Source of the DNA: Bdellovibrionia bacterium
Lineage (GTDB): Bacteria; Bdellovibrionota; UBA1018
DNA length: 36,548 bases
Direction of reading: 5' to 3'
Assembly (NCBI GenBank): GCA_041752095.1
Contig: JBGSHQ010000133.1
Location: 1 to 36,548, forward strand
Shown: piece after piece, positions 18,544-26,395 of the stretch
How positions within the stretch are numbered: the stretch's first letter is position 1
How the letters are laid out: every line of letters starts with the position of its first letter
Made by a program: the position numbers and the translations under genes
Notes under the pieces: model-generated
What the model was told of the DNA's origin: nothing
Database searches by the model: none
The model's input: the letters and a program-made list of their open reading frames with translations, nothing else

Positions 18544-20268
18544 TTAAGGAGTTTTCGTAGCCGTTCCAAGCCGATAGGGACCCACGGTGGTTATCTCTTT
18601 TAGAGTCCACTCGGGACCTAAATCAAGAATAAGGTCGCCACCCGTTTTTAGTATCCCAATAGTTCTCGCATTTTTCAGTCGATTTTCGCCTTCAGTTGTT
18701 TTTAGCCCCGCACCACTCGAGGGGTGAAAAATGATATTCCAATCGGCTAACCATGTAAGGCTATTTGTAGCCTTCCAATAATCATCGGATAAGACGAGGG
18801 TTATATCTTCACTTTTAAAACGATCAATAATTTCTAGCCCCTGTGTCAGCGCAGGATGACTCTTTACGTCTTCGATTTTTTCAATTCGAGTTCTCAGCTG
18901 ATGCATGGAGTGAAATCCAGAGATTAGAACTAGAATGATAATCGCGGATTTTCCTCGATGAATCGCGTATTCCCAGAAAGTTCCAAGAGCAACCCAAAGA
19001 GCGGGTAGAATGGGTAATAGATAGCGTGTATTTGCAAAAGTATAAGTATAAATTCGGCAAAAGGAAAAAACCGATAATCCTATTAGAAGCAGAATGGGTT
19101 GATATCGTTTTGGGTCATTTTTATAAGCCCGAAATAATGCATAAAGGGCGGCACATAGAAGTAAAGTAGAACCTTGGGAAATGATTCCAAAATCGTCCCT
19201 CGCAGGAGGAGACGCTGAAATAATTTCGCGTAATGCACCTGGAACTAATCCGAACGCTTTAAAACCATCTGCTAGCGATGCAAATGACCCACTTCCCCCA
19301 CTCGATAATTTTCCAGCAGATATCGAGTGAATAATTTCTGGCAATAACCCGACCAGTAAACCACACCCAAGACAAATCGATCTTATAAATAAAATTCTAA
19401 AATGGGACTGTAGCCAGGATCGATGCACAGAGGAAGCAAGCAGTGTAAAAACTATAATCGCGATATTAAAATTTGGTTGAGCATGAATTTTAATCGATCT
19501 ACCAGCGAGAGTACCGAGATTAGTCCCGAAAATTTCGAGGTAGAGCCAGAGGGCGATAAAAAAAATGAAAAGATACCATCCAAAGCGTTCAATTTTATTA
19601 CGCGATTTTTTTACGCTAAAAGTATCTTGAATCGCTTTCGTGAACACACCCCAAGGCAGAAATAAAATTAAAACATAAAGTAGAGAAATTCGTGAAGTAT
19701 ATGCCGCTAATCCGCTGATGATACCCACAATAAAGAGGCGTGAAAGTCGAAGATTCCAAAATGGGTTATCTTCATTTCTCTTCCATACTAGAAGCGCAGA
19801 ACTTAAAGTGAGATATGCGAAATAGGCATCATTTCCTGACTGAGAAGACAGAAAATCAAGCCCCACTGCCATGATAATGCCAACGAATAATGCTGCATTT
19901 TTAGAAACATAAGAGCGAATTAGATAGTAACTCGAGAGACTCATCAGTACGGGGCAAAATACATAACTAAATGCACTGTGTGCATTTATGCGTGCGAACT
20001 GAGTTAAATCAAATAGAGTCCAAACCTTATACCAAAGGACTCGCAAGGGCTGGAGAGTCGTTCCAGCGTAGTCCATTCTAAAAAGGAATGCAGTGATATT
20101 ACCATTTAAGAATTCATCTGTTGTTAGCGGTGCTGTTGCATGATCACCATGAGTCCATTCGAATCCATAAGGAATAAGTTGAAAGTGAAAAAAAATAGTT
20201 AAAATTACGCAAATAAATGGCGCAATAATTTCAGATTCGCGAATATTTTTCATTGCGCGTAAGTGCAC
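18544..20268 (-). CDS. GT-C-like polytopic membrane protein (ArnT/PMT-like) with a soluble C-terminal domain
   Basis: 574 aa with many TM helices. The first loop contains HGDH...TTDEFLNG (D51/E52 at 20113-20118). The GTG start abuts the upstream stop. An alternative ATG lies at 20253. Confidence 0.55.
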   Translation of the reverse strand: MHLRAMKNIRESEIIAPFICVILTIFFHFQLIPYGFEWTHGDHATAPLTTDEFLNGNITAFLFRMDYAGTTLQPLRVLWYKVWTLFDLTQFARINAHSAFSYVFCPVLMSLSSYYLIRSYVSKNAALFVGIIMAVGLDFLSSQSGNDAYFAYLTLSSALLVWKRNEDNPFWNLRLSRLFIVGIISGLAAYTSRISLLYVLILFLPWGVFTKAIQDTFSVKKSRNKIERFGWYLFIFFIALWLYLEIFGTNLGTLAGRSIKIHAQPNFNIAIIVFTLLASSVHRSWLQSHFRILFIRSICLGCGLLVGLLPEIIHSISAGKLSSGGSGSFASLADGFKAFGLVPGALREIISASPPARDDFGIISQGSTLLLCAALYALFRAYKNDPKRYQPILLLIGLSVFSFCRIYTYTFANTRYLLPILPALWVALGTFWEYAIHRGKSAIIILVLISGFHSMHQLRTRIEKIEDVKSHPALTQGLEIIDRFKSEDITLVLSDDYWKATNSLTWLADWNIIFHPSSGAGLKTTEGENRLKNARTIGILKTGGDLILDLGPEWTLKEITTVGPYRLGTATKTP

Positions 20269-21201
20269 CTAAAATCCAATCCGCTCTTTCTCAATAACGA
20301 GCGGGCGTTTCAGCACCTGGGTATGGATCGCACCGATATACTCTCCGAGGATGCCGATAAAAAAGAGCTGAACCGCGGCAAAAAGAAAAATCCCGATGAG
20401 GAGTGGAGCGAGACCGAGCTGGAACTGGTTCCAGAAAATGAGTTTCGCGATGAGGTAGAGAAATGCCATTACGAAGCCTAATAGCGACATCCCGAATCCT
20501 GCGATCGTCGCGATACGGAGTGGGACCTTCGAATGGCTCGTGATTCCTAACATTGCGATATCGTAAAGGCGGTAAAAATTATTACTCGTGACCCCACGTT
20601 TTCGCGCGGGTTGACGATACTCGATATGAGATGAGGGGTAACCCAGTTCCGAAATCAGTCCTCGGAAATAGGGGTAAGAATCCCCAATTTTTCGAAGTTC
20701 TTCGATCACGACACGGTCATAGAGTCCGAAGCCCGTATTATTCTTCGTAAGTTCGGTATCAGAAACCCGAGTAACGAAATCATAATAGGCCTTACGAATA
20801 AAGAACATGAGCGACGCTTCTTCACTCGAGGTCTTCACGCCGAGAACGACTTTAAAACCCTTTTTCCATTCTCGGATGAAGTCGAGAATCATTTCGGGCG
20901 GATCTTGGAGATCAGCAACGAGGAGAATAACCGCATCACCCGTAGCTTGGAGAAGTCCGTAAAAGGGTGATCTGATGTGCCCGAAGTTTCGGGTATTAAA
21001 AATAACTTTTACCCTTTTATCTTTAGTGGCCAACCCACGGAGGAGTTCCGGTGTTCGGTCCTTCGAGCAGTTATCGATGAAAATATGCTCGTAACTCGTG
21101 TCTGGGATAGTCGCGAAAGTCTGCTTCACCTTCTCGTAAAGGGCTTCGACATTTCCTTCTTCGTTAAAGCACGGTGTAACGATGCTGATGGTTGGGTTCA
21201 T
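20269..21201 (-). CDS. Polyprenyl-phosphate glycosyltransferase, GT2 (GtrB/ArnC/DPM-synthase-like, two C-terminal TM helices)
   Basis: ISIVTPCFNEEGNVEAL...FIDNCSKDRT...ADLQDPPEMI...GFKVVLGVK. The C-terminal hydrophobic pair is IATIAGFGMSLLGFVMAFLYLIA / LAPLLIGIFLFAAVQLFFIGILGEYIG. Confidence 0.85.
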   Translation of the reverse strand: MNPTISIVTPCFNEEGNVEALYEKVKQTFATIPDTSYEHIFIDNCSKDRTPELLRGLATKDKRVKVIFNTRNFGHIRSPFYGLLQATGDAVILLVADLQDPPEMILDFIREWKKGFKVVLGVKTSSEEASLMFFIRKAYYDFVTRVSDTELTKNNTGFGLYDRVVIEELRKIGDSYPYFRGLISELGYPSSHIEYRQPARKRGVTSNNFYRLYDIAMLGITSHSKVPLRIATIAGFGMSLLGFVMAFLYLIAKLIFWNQFQLGLAPLLIGIFLFAAVQLFFIGILGEYIGAIHTQVLKRPLVIEKERIGF

Positions 21202-21266
21202 TAAGTATTTATTCTGTCGCCACTTCGGGATTAATAGAAGGGGAAATCAAGGAGTTGAGTTCGCTG

Positions 21267-21337
21267 AAAATATTTTATGGAGTACGCCCCATATTCCGGT
21301 CCGAAATATGGAATATGTTCCATAAAATGCATATTTT
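21267..21337. repeat. Composite imperfect AT-rich hairpin in the same intergenic region
   Basis: TTTTATGGA (21273-21281) pairs with TCCATAAAA (21319-21327). CATATTCC (21290-21297) pairs with GGAATATG (21310-21317). An outer AAAATA (21267-21272) pairs with TATTTT (21332-21337). The internal loops are asymmetric. Confidence 0.55.
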
Positions 21338-21351
21338 TTTAGCTAATTTAC

Positions 21352-21410
21352 ACTTTAGCCCACACTGTGGGTCAAATAGGTTGATTTTGACCCACAGTGT
21401 GGGCTAAAGT
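21352..21410. repeat. Perfect 25-bp inverted repeat with a 9-nt spacer (strong hairpin or palindromic operator)
   Basis: The left arm ACTTTAGCCCACACTGTGGGTCAAA (21352-21376) is the exact reverse complement of the right arm TTTGACCCACAGTGTGGGCTAAAGT (21386-21410). The loop is TAGGTTGAT. It ends 7 nt before the ATG of the AAA+ ATPase gene. Confidence 0.9.
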
Positions 21411-21417
21411 AGATATT

Positions 21418-22584
21418 ATGGTAAATCGTCTTTTATATCATGAACTTGATCAGAGTCTTAAAAAGTACGAAAAAAGTATACTAGTCCTCGGACCCAGGCA
21501 GGTGGGGAAAAGTACGCTCCTTAATCATTTAAAACCGACCCTCAGTATTCAGCTCTCAGATGAATCTATTTTCCGCGAACATTTAAACGACCCCGGGTTA
21601 ATCCGGCGTTTAGTCGCGGCACTCCCGCGAGCGAGTCGAATTTTTATCGATGAAATTCAGCGCCTCCCATCGATATTAAATACGGTTCAGTCCCTCGTTG
21701 ATGAAAAAAAGGGGTGGATCTTTTTAATGACCGGATCTTCCGCACGCAAGCTTTCCAGAGGAAAAGCAAATCTTCTACCAGGACGAATTTTTTCATATCG
21801 GATGCACCCCCTTACCTATTGGGAGCTGATGAGCCAGTGGAATCTAGAAAAGGTACTTACACTCGGAACTCTTCCAGAAGTGTATTTAGAGAGTTATGGC
21901 CCGCAGCTTTTGAAAAACTACATCGATACCTACTTGCGTGAAGAAATACAGGCCGAGGCTCTGATAAGAAATATATCTAACTTCTCGCGGTTTCTAAACC
22001 TCGCAGCGGAATCCTCAGGACAAATCATAAATTACTCGAAATTGGCGTCAGATAGCGAAATCCCTAAAGAAACGCTGAGACGATATTTCGATCTTCTCGT
22101 CGAGACACTGATTGTGCATAGATTAAGGGGATATACACATACCGAAGGTAAACGTAAGGCCGCTCAAAAGGAAAAATTCATTTTTTTCGACATGGGTGTT
22201 CGTAATGCCATACTGAAGCAACATACGAATGTATTTTCAGATTTACAAAAAGGACATCTTTTTGAGCAATGGATGTCATTACAGATGATTGCGTTTTCTA
22301 ATTACTATAATAAAGATTGGGATTTTTATTATTATCGAAATGACCTTAAGCAAGAAGTCGATCTTGTTGTCGATCAGGGCGATCATCTTCTTGCGCTCGA
22401 ATTTAAGTATGGTCGAAATATAAAAAAGGAAATGGCAGATGGACTTAGCGCATTTAAAGCGATTTCAAAAAAGCCAGTTATTGCGAGAATAATATATCAA
22501 GGAACAGAAATTCAATCGCTCGGCGATGAAATCGAGGCATGGCCCTACGAAAAATTTTTGGTCGATTTAATGAATCGAAAATGA
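21418..22584 (+). CDS. AAA+ ATPase of the AAA_14/DUF4143 (COG1373) type with a C-terminal PD-(D/E)xK nuclease-like motif
   Basis: Walker A GPRQVGKST (21490-21516) and Walker B RIFIDEIQ. The C-terminal EVDLVVDQGDHLLALEFKYG places D at 22360-22362 and E-F-K at 22399-22407. I prefer the ATG at 21418 over the track's GTG at 21397, which lies inside the inverted repeat. Confidence 0.85.
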   Translation: MVNRLLYHELDQSLKKYEKSILVLGPRQVGKSTLLNHLKPTLSIQLSDESIFREHLNDPGLIRRLVAALPRASRIFIDEIQRLPSILNTVQSLVDEKKGWIFLMTGSSARKLSRGKANLLPGRIFSYRMHPLTYWELMSQWNLEKVLTLGTLPEVYLESYGPQLLKNYIDTYLREEIQAEALIRNISNFSRFLNLAAESSGQIINYSKLASDSEIPKETLRRYFDLLVETLIVHRLRGYTHTEGKRKAAQKEKFIFFDMGVRNAILKQHTNVFSDLQKGHLFEQWMSLQMIAFSNYYNKDWDFYYYRNDLKQEVDLVVDQGDHLLALEFKYGRNIKKEMADGLSAFKAISKKPVIARIIYQGTEIQSLGDEIEAWPYEKFLVDLMNRK

Positions 22585-22590
22585 TCTGAT

Positions 22591-23493
22591 TTAAATCCGG
22601 CTCTCAATGAGCTTCTCGATCTGAGCATTAGTCAGTCCATGCTCGGATAGAGCGTAATCGTGACTCCCGCAGTGTTCTGCGAACTGATCTTTTAGAGAGA
22701 CGGAAAAAAGCCGAGGCGCATTTTTAATTCCCGACTCACAGAGTTCTTCCGCAACCGAAGAAAAAAGGCCGCCTGAACGATGGTGTTCCTCGATTACGAA
22801 TACTTTTTCGTAAGCACTCAGTTCCGAAATCAGATTCTTCGGAAACGACTTAATTCGCATTACACTCGCTGAGTCGAGCTTCAGATTCGTCGCAATTTCG
22901 AGCGCGGTGCTCGACATAGACCCTGTACCCAGAAGGAGCGTCTTAGAGCTATTTTTTTTCGTGAAACTAAATTCATCATTCGCAGGTAGCTTCGTATGAA
23001 CAGGTTTTCGGTCACTCTTCCCGATTCGAAGATAGGTAGGTCCCGTAGGGCTTGTCATCGCTTTTTTAAAGCAAGTTTCGAGTTCGAAAGCGTCTGCTGG
23101 AGAATAGATCGTGATCCCCGGCATCGGCCGAAGTGCTGCGACGTCTTCTCCACACTGGTGGGAAGAGCCCAGCGTCGAATATACGAGTCCGGCACCATCG
23201 CCGAGTAAAAGTACGGGAAGTTTCGAAATGCAGAGATCGAGTTTTATCTGCTCTAAAACCCGAATCGGTAAAAAAGCCGATAAACCGTAAACGATAGGTA
23301 AAAACCCCGTGCGAGCGAGCCCCGCCGCAATTCCGATCATTCCCTGCTCCGCAACACCTGCGTTTATGAACTGGTCTGGCGCCGCTTTCCTAACAGAGTC
23401 GAAAAGCGCATACCCGTGATCGCCCGAAAGAATCACCACTTTAGGATTATTTACGGCGTATTCAGTAATGAGGGAGGAAAGTTTTTCACGCAT
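22591..23493 (-). CDS. Transketolase, C-terminal (pyrimidine-binding) subunit of a split enzyme
   Basis: FINAGVAEQGMIGIAAGLARTGFLPIVYGLSAFLPIRVLEQIKLD...GSSHQCGEDVAALRPMPGITIYSPAD. 300 aa. Confidence 0.9.
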   Translation of the reverse strand: MREKLSSLITEYAVNNPKVVILSGDHGYALFDSVRKAAPDQFINAGVAEQGMIGIAAGLARTGFLPIVYGLSAFLPIRVLEQIKLDLCISKLPVLLLGDGAGLVYSTLGSSHQCGEDVAALRPMPGITIYSPADAFELETCFKKAMTSPTGPTYLRIGKSDRKPVHTKLPANDEFSFTKKNSSKTLLLGTGSMSSTALEIATNLKLDSASVMRIKSFPKNLISELSAYEKVFVIEEHHRSGGLFSSVAEELCESGIKNAPRLFSVSLKDQFAEHCGSHDYALSEHGLTNAQIEKLIESRI

Positions 23494-23495
23494 AA

Positions 23496-24317
23496 CTACT
23501 TCGAAACCTCGGCAATAGCGCGGGTAAACTTCTGCTCATCGAGTCGAGTATAGTGCCAGGTATTATCGTTTTCCATAAACGAAACACCTTTACCTTTTAC
23601 GGTACGGGCAATAATCGCGCGAGGTTTTCCATTCGTCGATGGCCCCACTGATTTTTCGAATTCACGACCGAGAGCCTCAAGCGAATGCCCGTCACATTCG
23701 ACCGCATCGAATCCGAACGCACGAAATTTTTCTACGAACGGTTCCATGCCGAGAATATCCTCGATTTTTCCCATCGCCTGGAAACCATTCGCATCGACGA
23801 TGACGGTTAAATTATCGAGTTTATGGTGGCTTGCGAAAAGCATCGCTTCCCACATCGATCCTTCGTTCATCTCACCGTCTCCGACGATGCAGAACACTCG
23901 TTTAGGGGCTTTACCCGATTTTGCGGCCTCTCGCTTAAATCCGAGAGCAACACCGGTCGCGATAGGAAGTCCGTGGCCGAGAGAACCTGAAGTCACTTCG
24001 AGCCCAGGGATATGGGCTTCACTTAATCCATGAAGAAGGGAGCCGTCTGAAAAATATTTTTCAATCGCTTCCCGAGGCAGCCACCCGATCTGGTGGAAGG
24101 CCGCGTAGAGCGCCATCACACCATGCCCCTTCGAGAGTACGAGGTAGTCGCGATCTTCGGAGCGCGGGTTCTTCGCATCATACCGAAGAAATTTCGAATA
24201 AAGCGAACTCACGATTTCGACGACGGAGAACGCACACGGGATGTGCACGGTTTTACCGAAGTAAGCCATTTCAAGAACGAGCTTACGTAAGGTATTGGGT
24301 GAAAGGTCGGGCTTCAT
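23496..24317 (-). CDS. Transketolase, N-terminal (thiamine-diphosphate-binding) subunit of a split enzyme
   Basis: SVVEIVSSLY...DRDYLVLSKGHGVMALYA...TSGSLGHGLPIATGVALG...CIVGDGEMNEGSMWEAMLFASHHKLDNLTVIVDANGFQ. 273 aa. It ends 2 nt before the C-terminal subunit starts. Confidence 0.9.
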   Translation of the reverse strand: MKPDLSPNTLRKLVLEMAYFGKTVHIPCAFSVVEIVSSLYSKFLRYDAKNPRSEDRDYLVLSKGHGVMALYAAFHQIGWLPREAIEKYFSDGSLLHGLSEAHIPGLEVTSGSLGHGLPIATGVALGFKREAAKSGKAPKRVFCIVGDGEMNEGSMWEAMLFASHHKLDNLTVIVDANGFQAMGKIEDILGMEPFVEKFRAFGFDAVECDGHSLEALGREFEKSVGPSTNGKPRAIIARTVKGKGVSFMENDNTWHYTRLDEQKFTRAIAEVSK

Positions 24318-24412
24318 TTGGGTTCTATAATGTCGTTAATTTTGATGATTGGATAGAGGACTTTTCTAGATTTTTACTTGTGTGTGAGTGACTGTTTCAA
24401 TAAGGTGACAGG
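24318..24412. promoter_or_regulatory. Divergent intergenic region (transketolase operon leftward, membrane-protein pair rightward)
   Basis: Two divergent starts flank it. TATAAT lies at 24326-24331 on the plus strand. No good -35 was seen. Confidence 0.3.
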
Positions 24413-26395
24413 GTGCGCGAATCCTTTTGGAGGCTTCCACGAATACGCCAGGTTCGGGCGACTGATCTTTGGATAGTGGGATTGCCCGTAGCGGTGATAG
24501 CAGTCCTCAGTTCCTACCTCATTGCTAAAATTTTTATTCTTTTTAGCGTTCAACCGAACACCTCAGAAGTCCTAGCGCTATTTCAAGCTGAGCTCACCCC
24601 GAAGCCCGAACAGCAGCTGCGGTATATTCTTCTTCTCCTATTCTGGCCGTTTTTATTTTTGGCTGGAGTCAGCGTGAAAAATCACTGGAAAAAATGGGCT
24701 CGACCTTTTCTCGTAATGACGAGTGTCGCTCTTCCATTGTTTCTCGTCATTAACCTGATTTATCAGGAAGCAGTCGTTCATGCATTTTTCATGACCAAAA
24801 GTGACACGCTTGGATACTCGGTCCTCGCATTCGTGGCAGCTCTCGCCATCACTTACTGGGTTTTAAAATCAGCAGTTTTTTCTGTAAAAAAAACTGTGGT
24901 GATTGCTCTCGGAGTTTCACTCCTTGAACTGATGGTGTGTATCGTCACCGAAGGAAACTATTTAGGAAGTGCAGTCGGTACAGGGACCCATCTTCCATTT
25001 ACGTTCGATGAATTTGCGGCGGTTGTGAATGGACACACTTTAGCTGTCGATTATTTTTCGCAGTACCAACAGTTTTTGCCTTATTTACTCAGCCCGATTT
25101 TTCATGTATTCGGCCTGAGTATTACGACTTATACCGCATCACTCTTAGTACTTTCCGCAAGTGTTCTTGGTTTGGTTTTTATAATTTTAAAAAAAGTTAC
25201 AAGTCGACCCGAGGTAGCACTTCTCCTCTTTATCTCTTGGCTTGGGATTGCGTTTTATCCAATCGAGCTAAATGGTGACTCCCGCTACCTAACGTTTACT
25301 TATTTTCCAATGGGCCCACTTCGTTATTTTGGGTTTTGGTTAGTCGCCTATTTGACGCTAAGGACAGTGACAGGTCCCGCTTCGTTTCGGCGTGAATATA
25401 TCTGTGCTGGAATTTCTGCTCTTTCTGCGATTAATACGCTCGATTTTGGGTTTCCGGCGATGGTGGGTTGTATTTTTGTACTCCTTACTTTTTCTCACCA
25501 ACCTAAGAAAACAGGAATTGCGATTATAGCAGGTGTAACCACCGCGGTCGGGATCTATTTAGGAAATTCATTTCTACGCTCAGGCCATCTTCCAGACTAT
25601 AGTGCGATCACATCCTATATTTTAGCCGTCAGTCGCGTCGGATATACATCGATCATCACACGAAGCCTCGGAATACACTGGATCTTTATCCTAGGACTTC
25701 TGATGAGCCTGATCCTTGGCATTCAGTTCCGCTGGAATGAAAAAAGGAGTGGGGTGGCGCTCAGTTCTCGTCGTCGCTCACTTGCCGCGATTCTTACTTT
25801 TATGGGAATTGCAGGAAGTGGAGTATTTGCATATTTTATGAACCGATCCCACTGGCATGTTCTCATCGTCAGTGCTCCGATCGTTGCTTTTCCTCTTTTT
25901 ATTTTTACAGCCATGTTTTTCGAAAAACGAGTGGTACCTTTCCCATTTCCAAAATTGTACCTAGCACCAAAAATCTTTCTTCTTCTTTTCGTTATTTACG
26001 GACTTTCACTCCATAAAAACTTTCCTAATCCGATCTCTCAGTGGAATCGAATTACAATGGTGGACGACTATTTTTCGAATTCGATGACGACTCTCGCCGA
26101 ACGGATTAGGATGTATGCGTCCCCGGGTGAATCGGTTGGTATTTGTTATCCTTTTGGGCAACTCATTGCCCATCGTGCTCAGGTCACAAATATTTTTCCC
26201 TATCCCCAAGCCTTATCGCTCGTTTTAAAGTCCCAAATCCTTCGTGTGGAGGAAATTTTTCAGAAAAACACCCCTAAATTCCTGTTTGGCAACTTTCCTG
26301 TCGAATTACTTCCGTGGATGAATGAAAATGGATTTATCGAAGTAGAGCGGGTAAATGATTTTACTATTTATCGACGGGGAGAGGTCAGGAAGTGA
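24413..26395 (+). CDS. Large polytopic membrane protein of unknown function (possible GT-C-like glycosyltransferase or polymerase)
   Basis: 660 aa with hydrophobic helices throughout. The only motif I could pick out is FTFDEFAAVVNGH (D199/E200 at 25007-25012). GTG start. Confidence 0.5.
   Translation: MRESFWRLPRIRQVRATDLWIVGLPVAVIAVLSSYLIAKIFILFSVQPNTSEVLALFQAELTPKPEQQLRYILLLLFWPFLFLAGVSVKNHWKKWARPFLVMTSVALPLFLVINLIYQEAVVHAFFMTKSDTLGYSVLAFVAALAITYWVLKSAVFSVKKTVVIALGVSLLELMVCIVTEGNYLGSAVGTGTHLPFTFDEFAAVVNGHTLAVDYFSQYQQFLPYLLSPIFHVFGLSITTYTASLLVLSASVLGLVFIILKKVTSRPEVALLLFISWLGIAFYPIELNGDSRYLTFTYFPMGPLRYFGFWLVAYLTLRTVTGPASFRREYICAGISALSAINTLDFGFPAMVGCIFVLLTFSHQPKKTGIAIIAGVTTAVGIYLGNSFLRSGHLPDYSAITSYILAVSRVGYTSIITRSLGIHWIFILGLLMSLILGIQFRWNEKRSGVALSSRRRSLAAILTFMGIAGSGVFAYFMNRSHWHVLIVSAPIVAFPLFIFTAMFFEKRVVPFPFPKLYLAPKIFLLLFVIYGLSLHKNFPNPISQWNRITMVDDYFSNSMTTLAERIRMYASPGESVGICYPFGQLIAHRAQVTNIFPYPQALSLVLKSQILRVEEIFQKNTPKFLFGNFPVELLPWMNENGFIEVERVNDFTIYRRGEVRK

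Noticed and set aside
18533-18610. 26-codon N-terminal extension of the track ORF 17120-18610 (MDSKRDNHRGSLSAWNGYENSLTKKY...).
   Set aside because: It would overlap the 3' end of the upstream gene by 67 nt. The internal ATG at 18530-18532 begins exactly at a signal/TM-like helix and leaves an 11-nt gap.
20902-20919. The GtrB-like GT2 20269-21201 reads V-A-D-L-Q-D-P where its paralogue has D-A-D-L-Q-D-P. This could mean loss of the first Asp of the DxD motif.
   Set aside because: The metal- and nucleotide-contacting D97, Q99 and D100 are retained. My recollection is that the first position is variable in the IDNxSxD subfamily. That is not enough to call the enzyme inactive without an alignment.
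21192-21407. 71-aa ORF (TTG start) filling the intergenic region upstream of the AAA+ ATPase. It could have been a small partner or antitoxin-like gene.
   Set aside because: It starts inside the 5' end of the divergent GT2 gene and reads straight through both hairpins and the 25-bp inverted repeat. It has no motif or plausible RBS. An open frame of this length in a 216-nt gap is not statistically remarkable.
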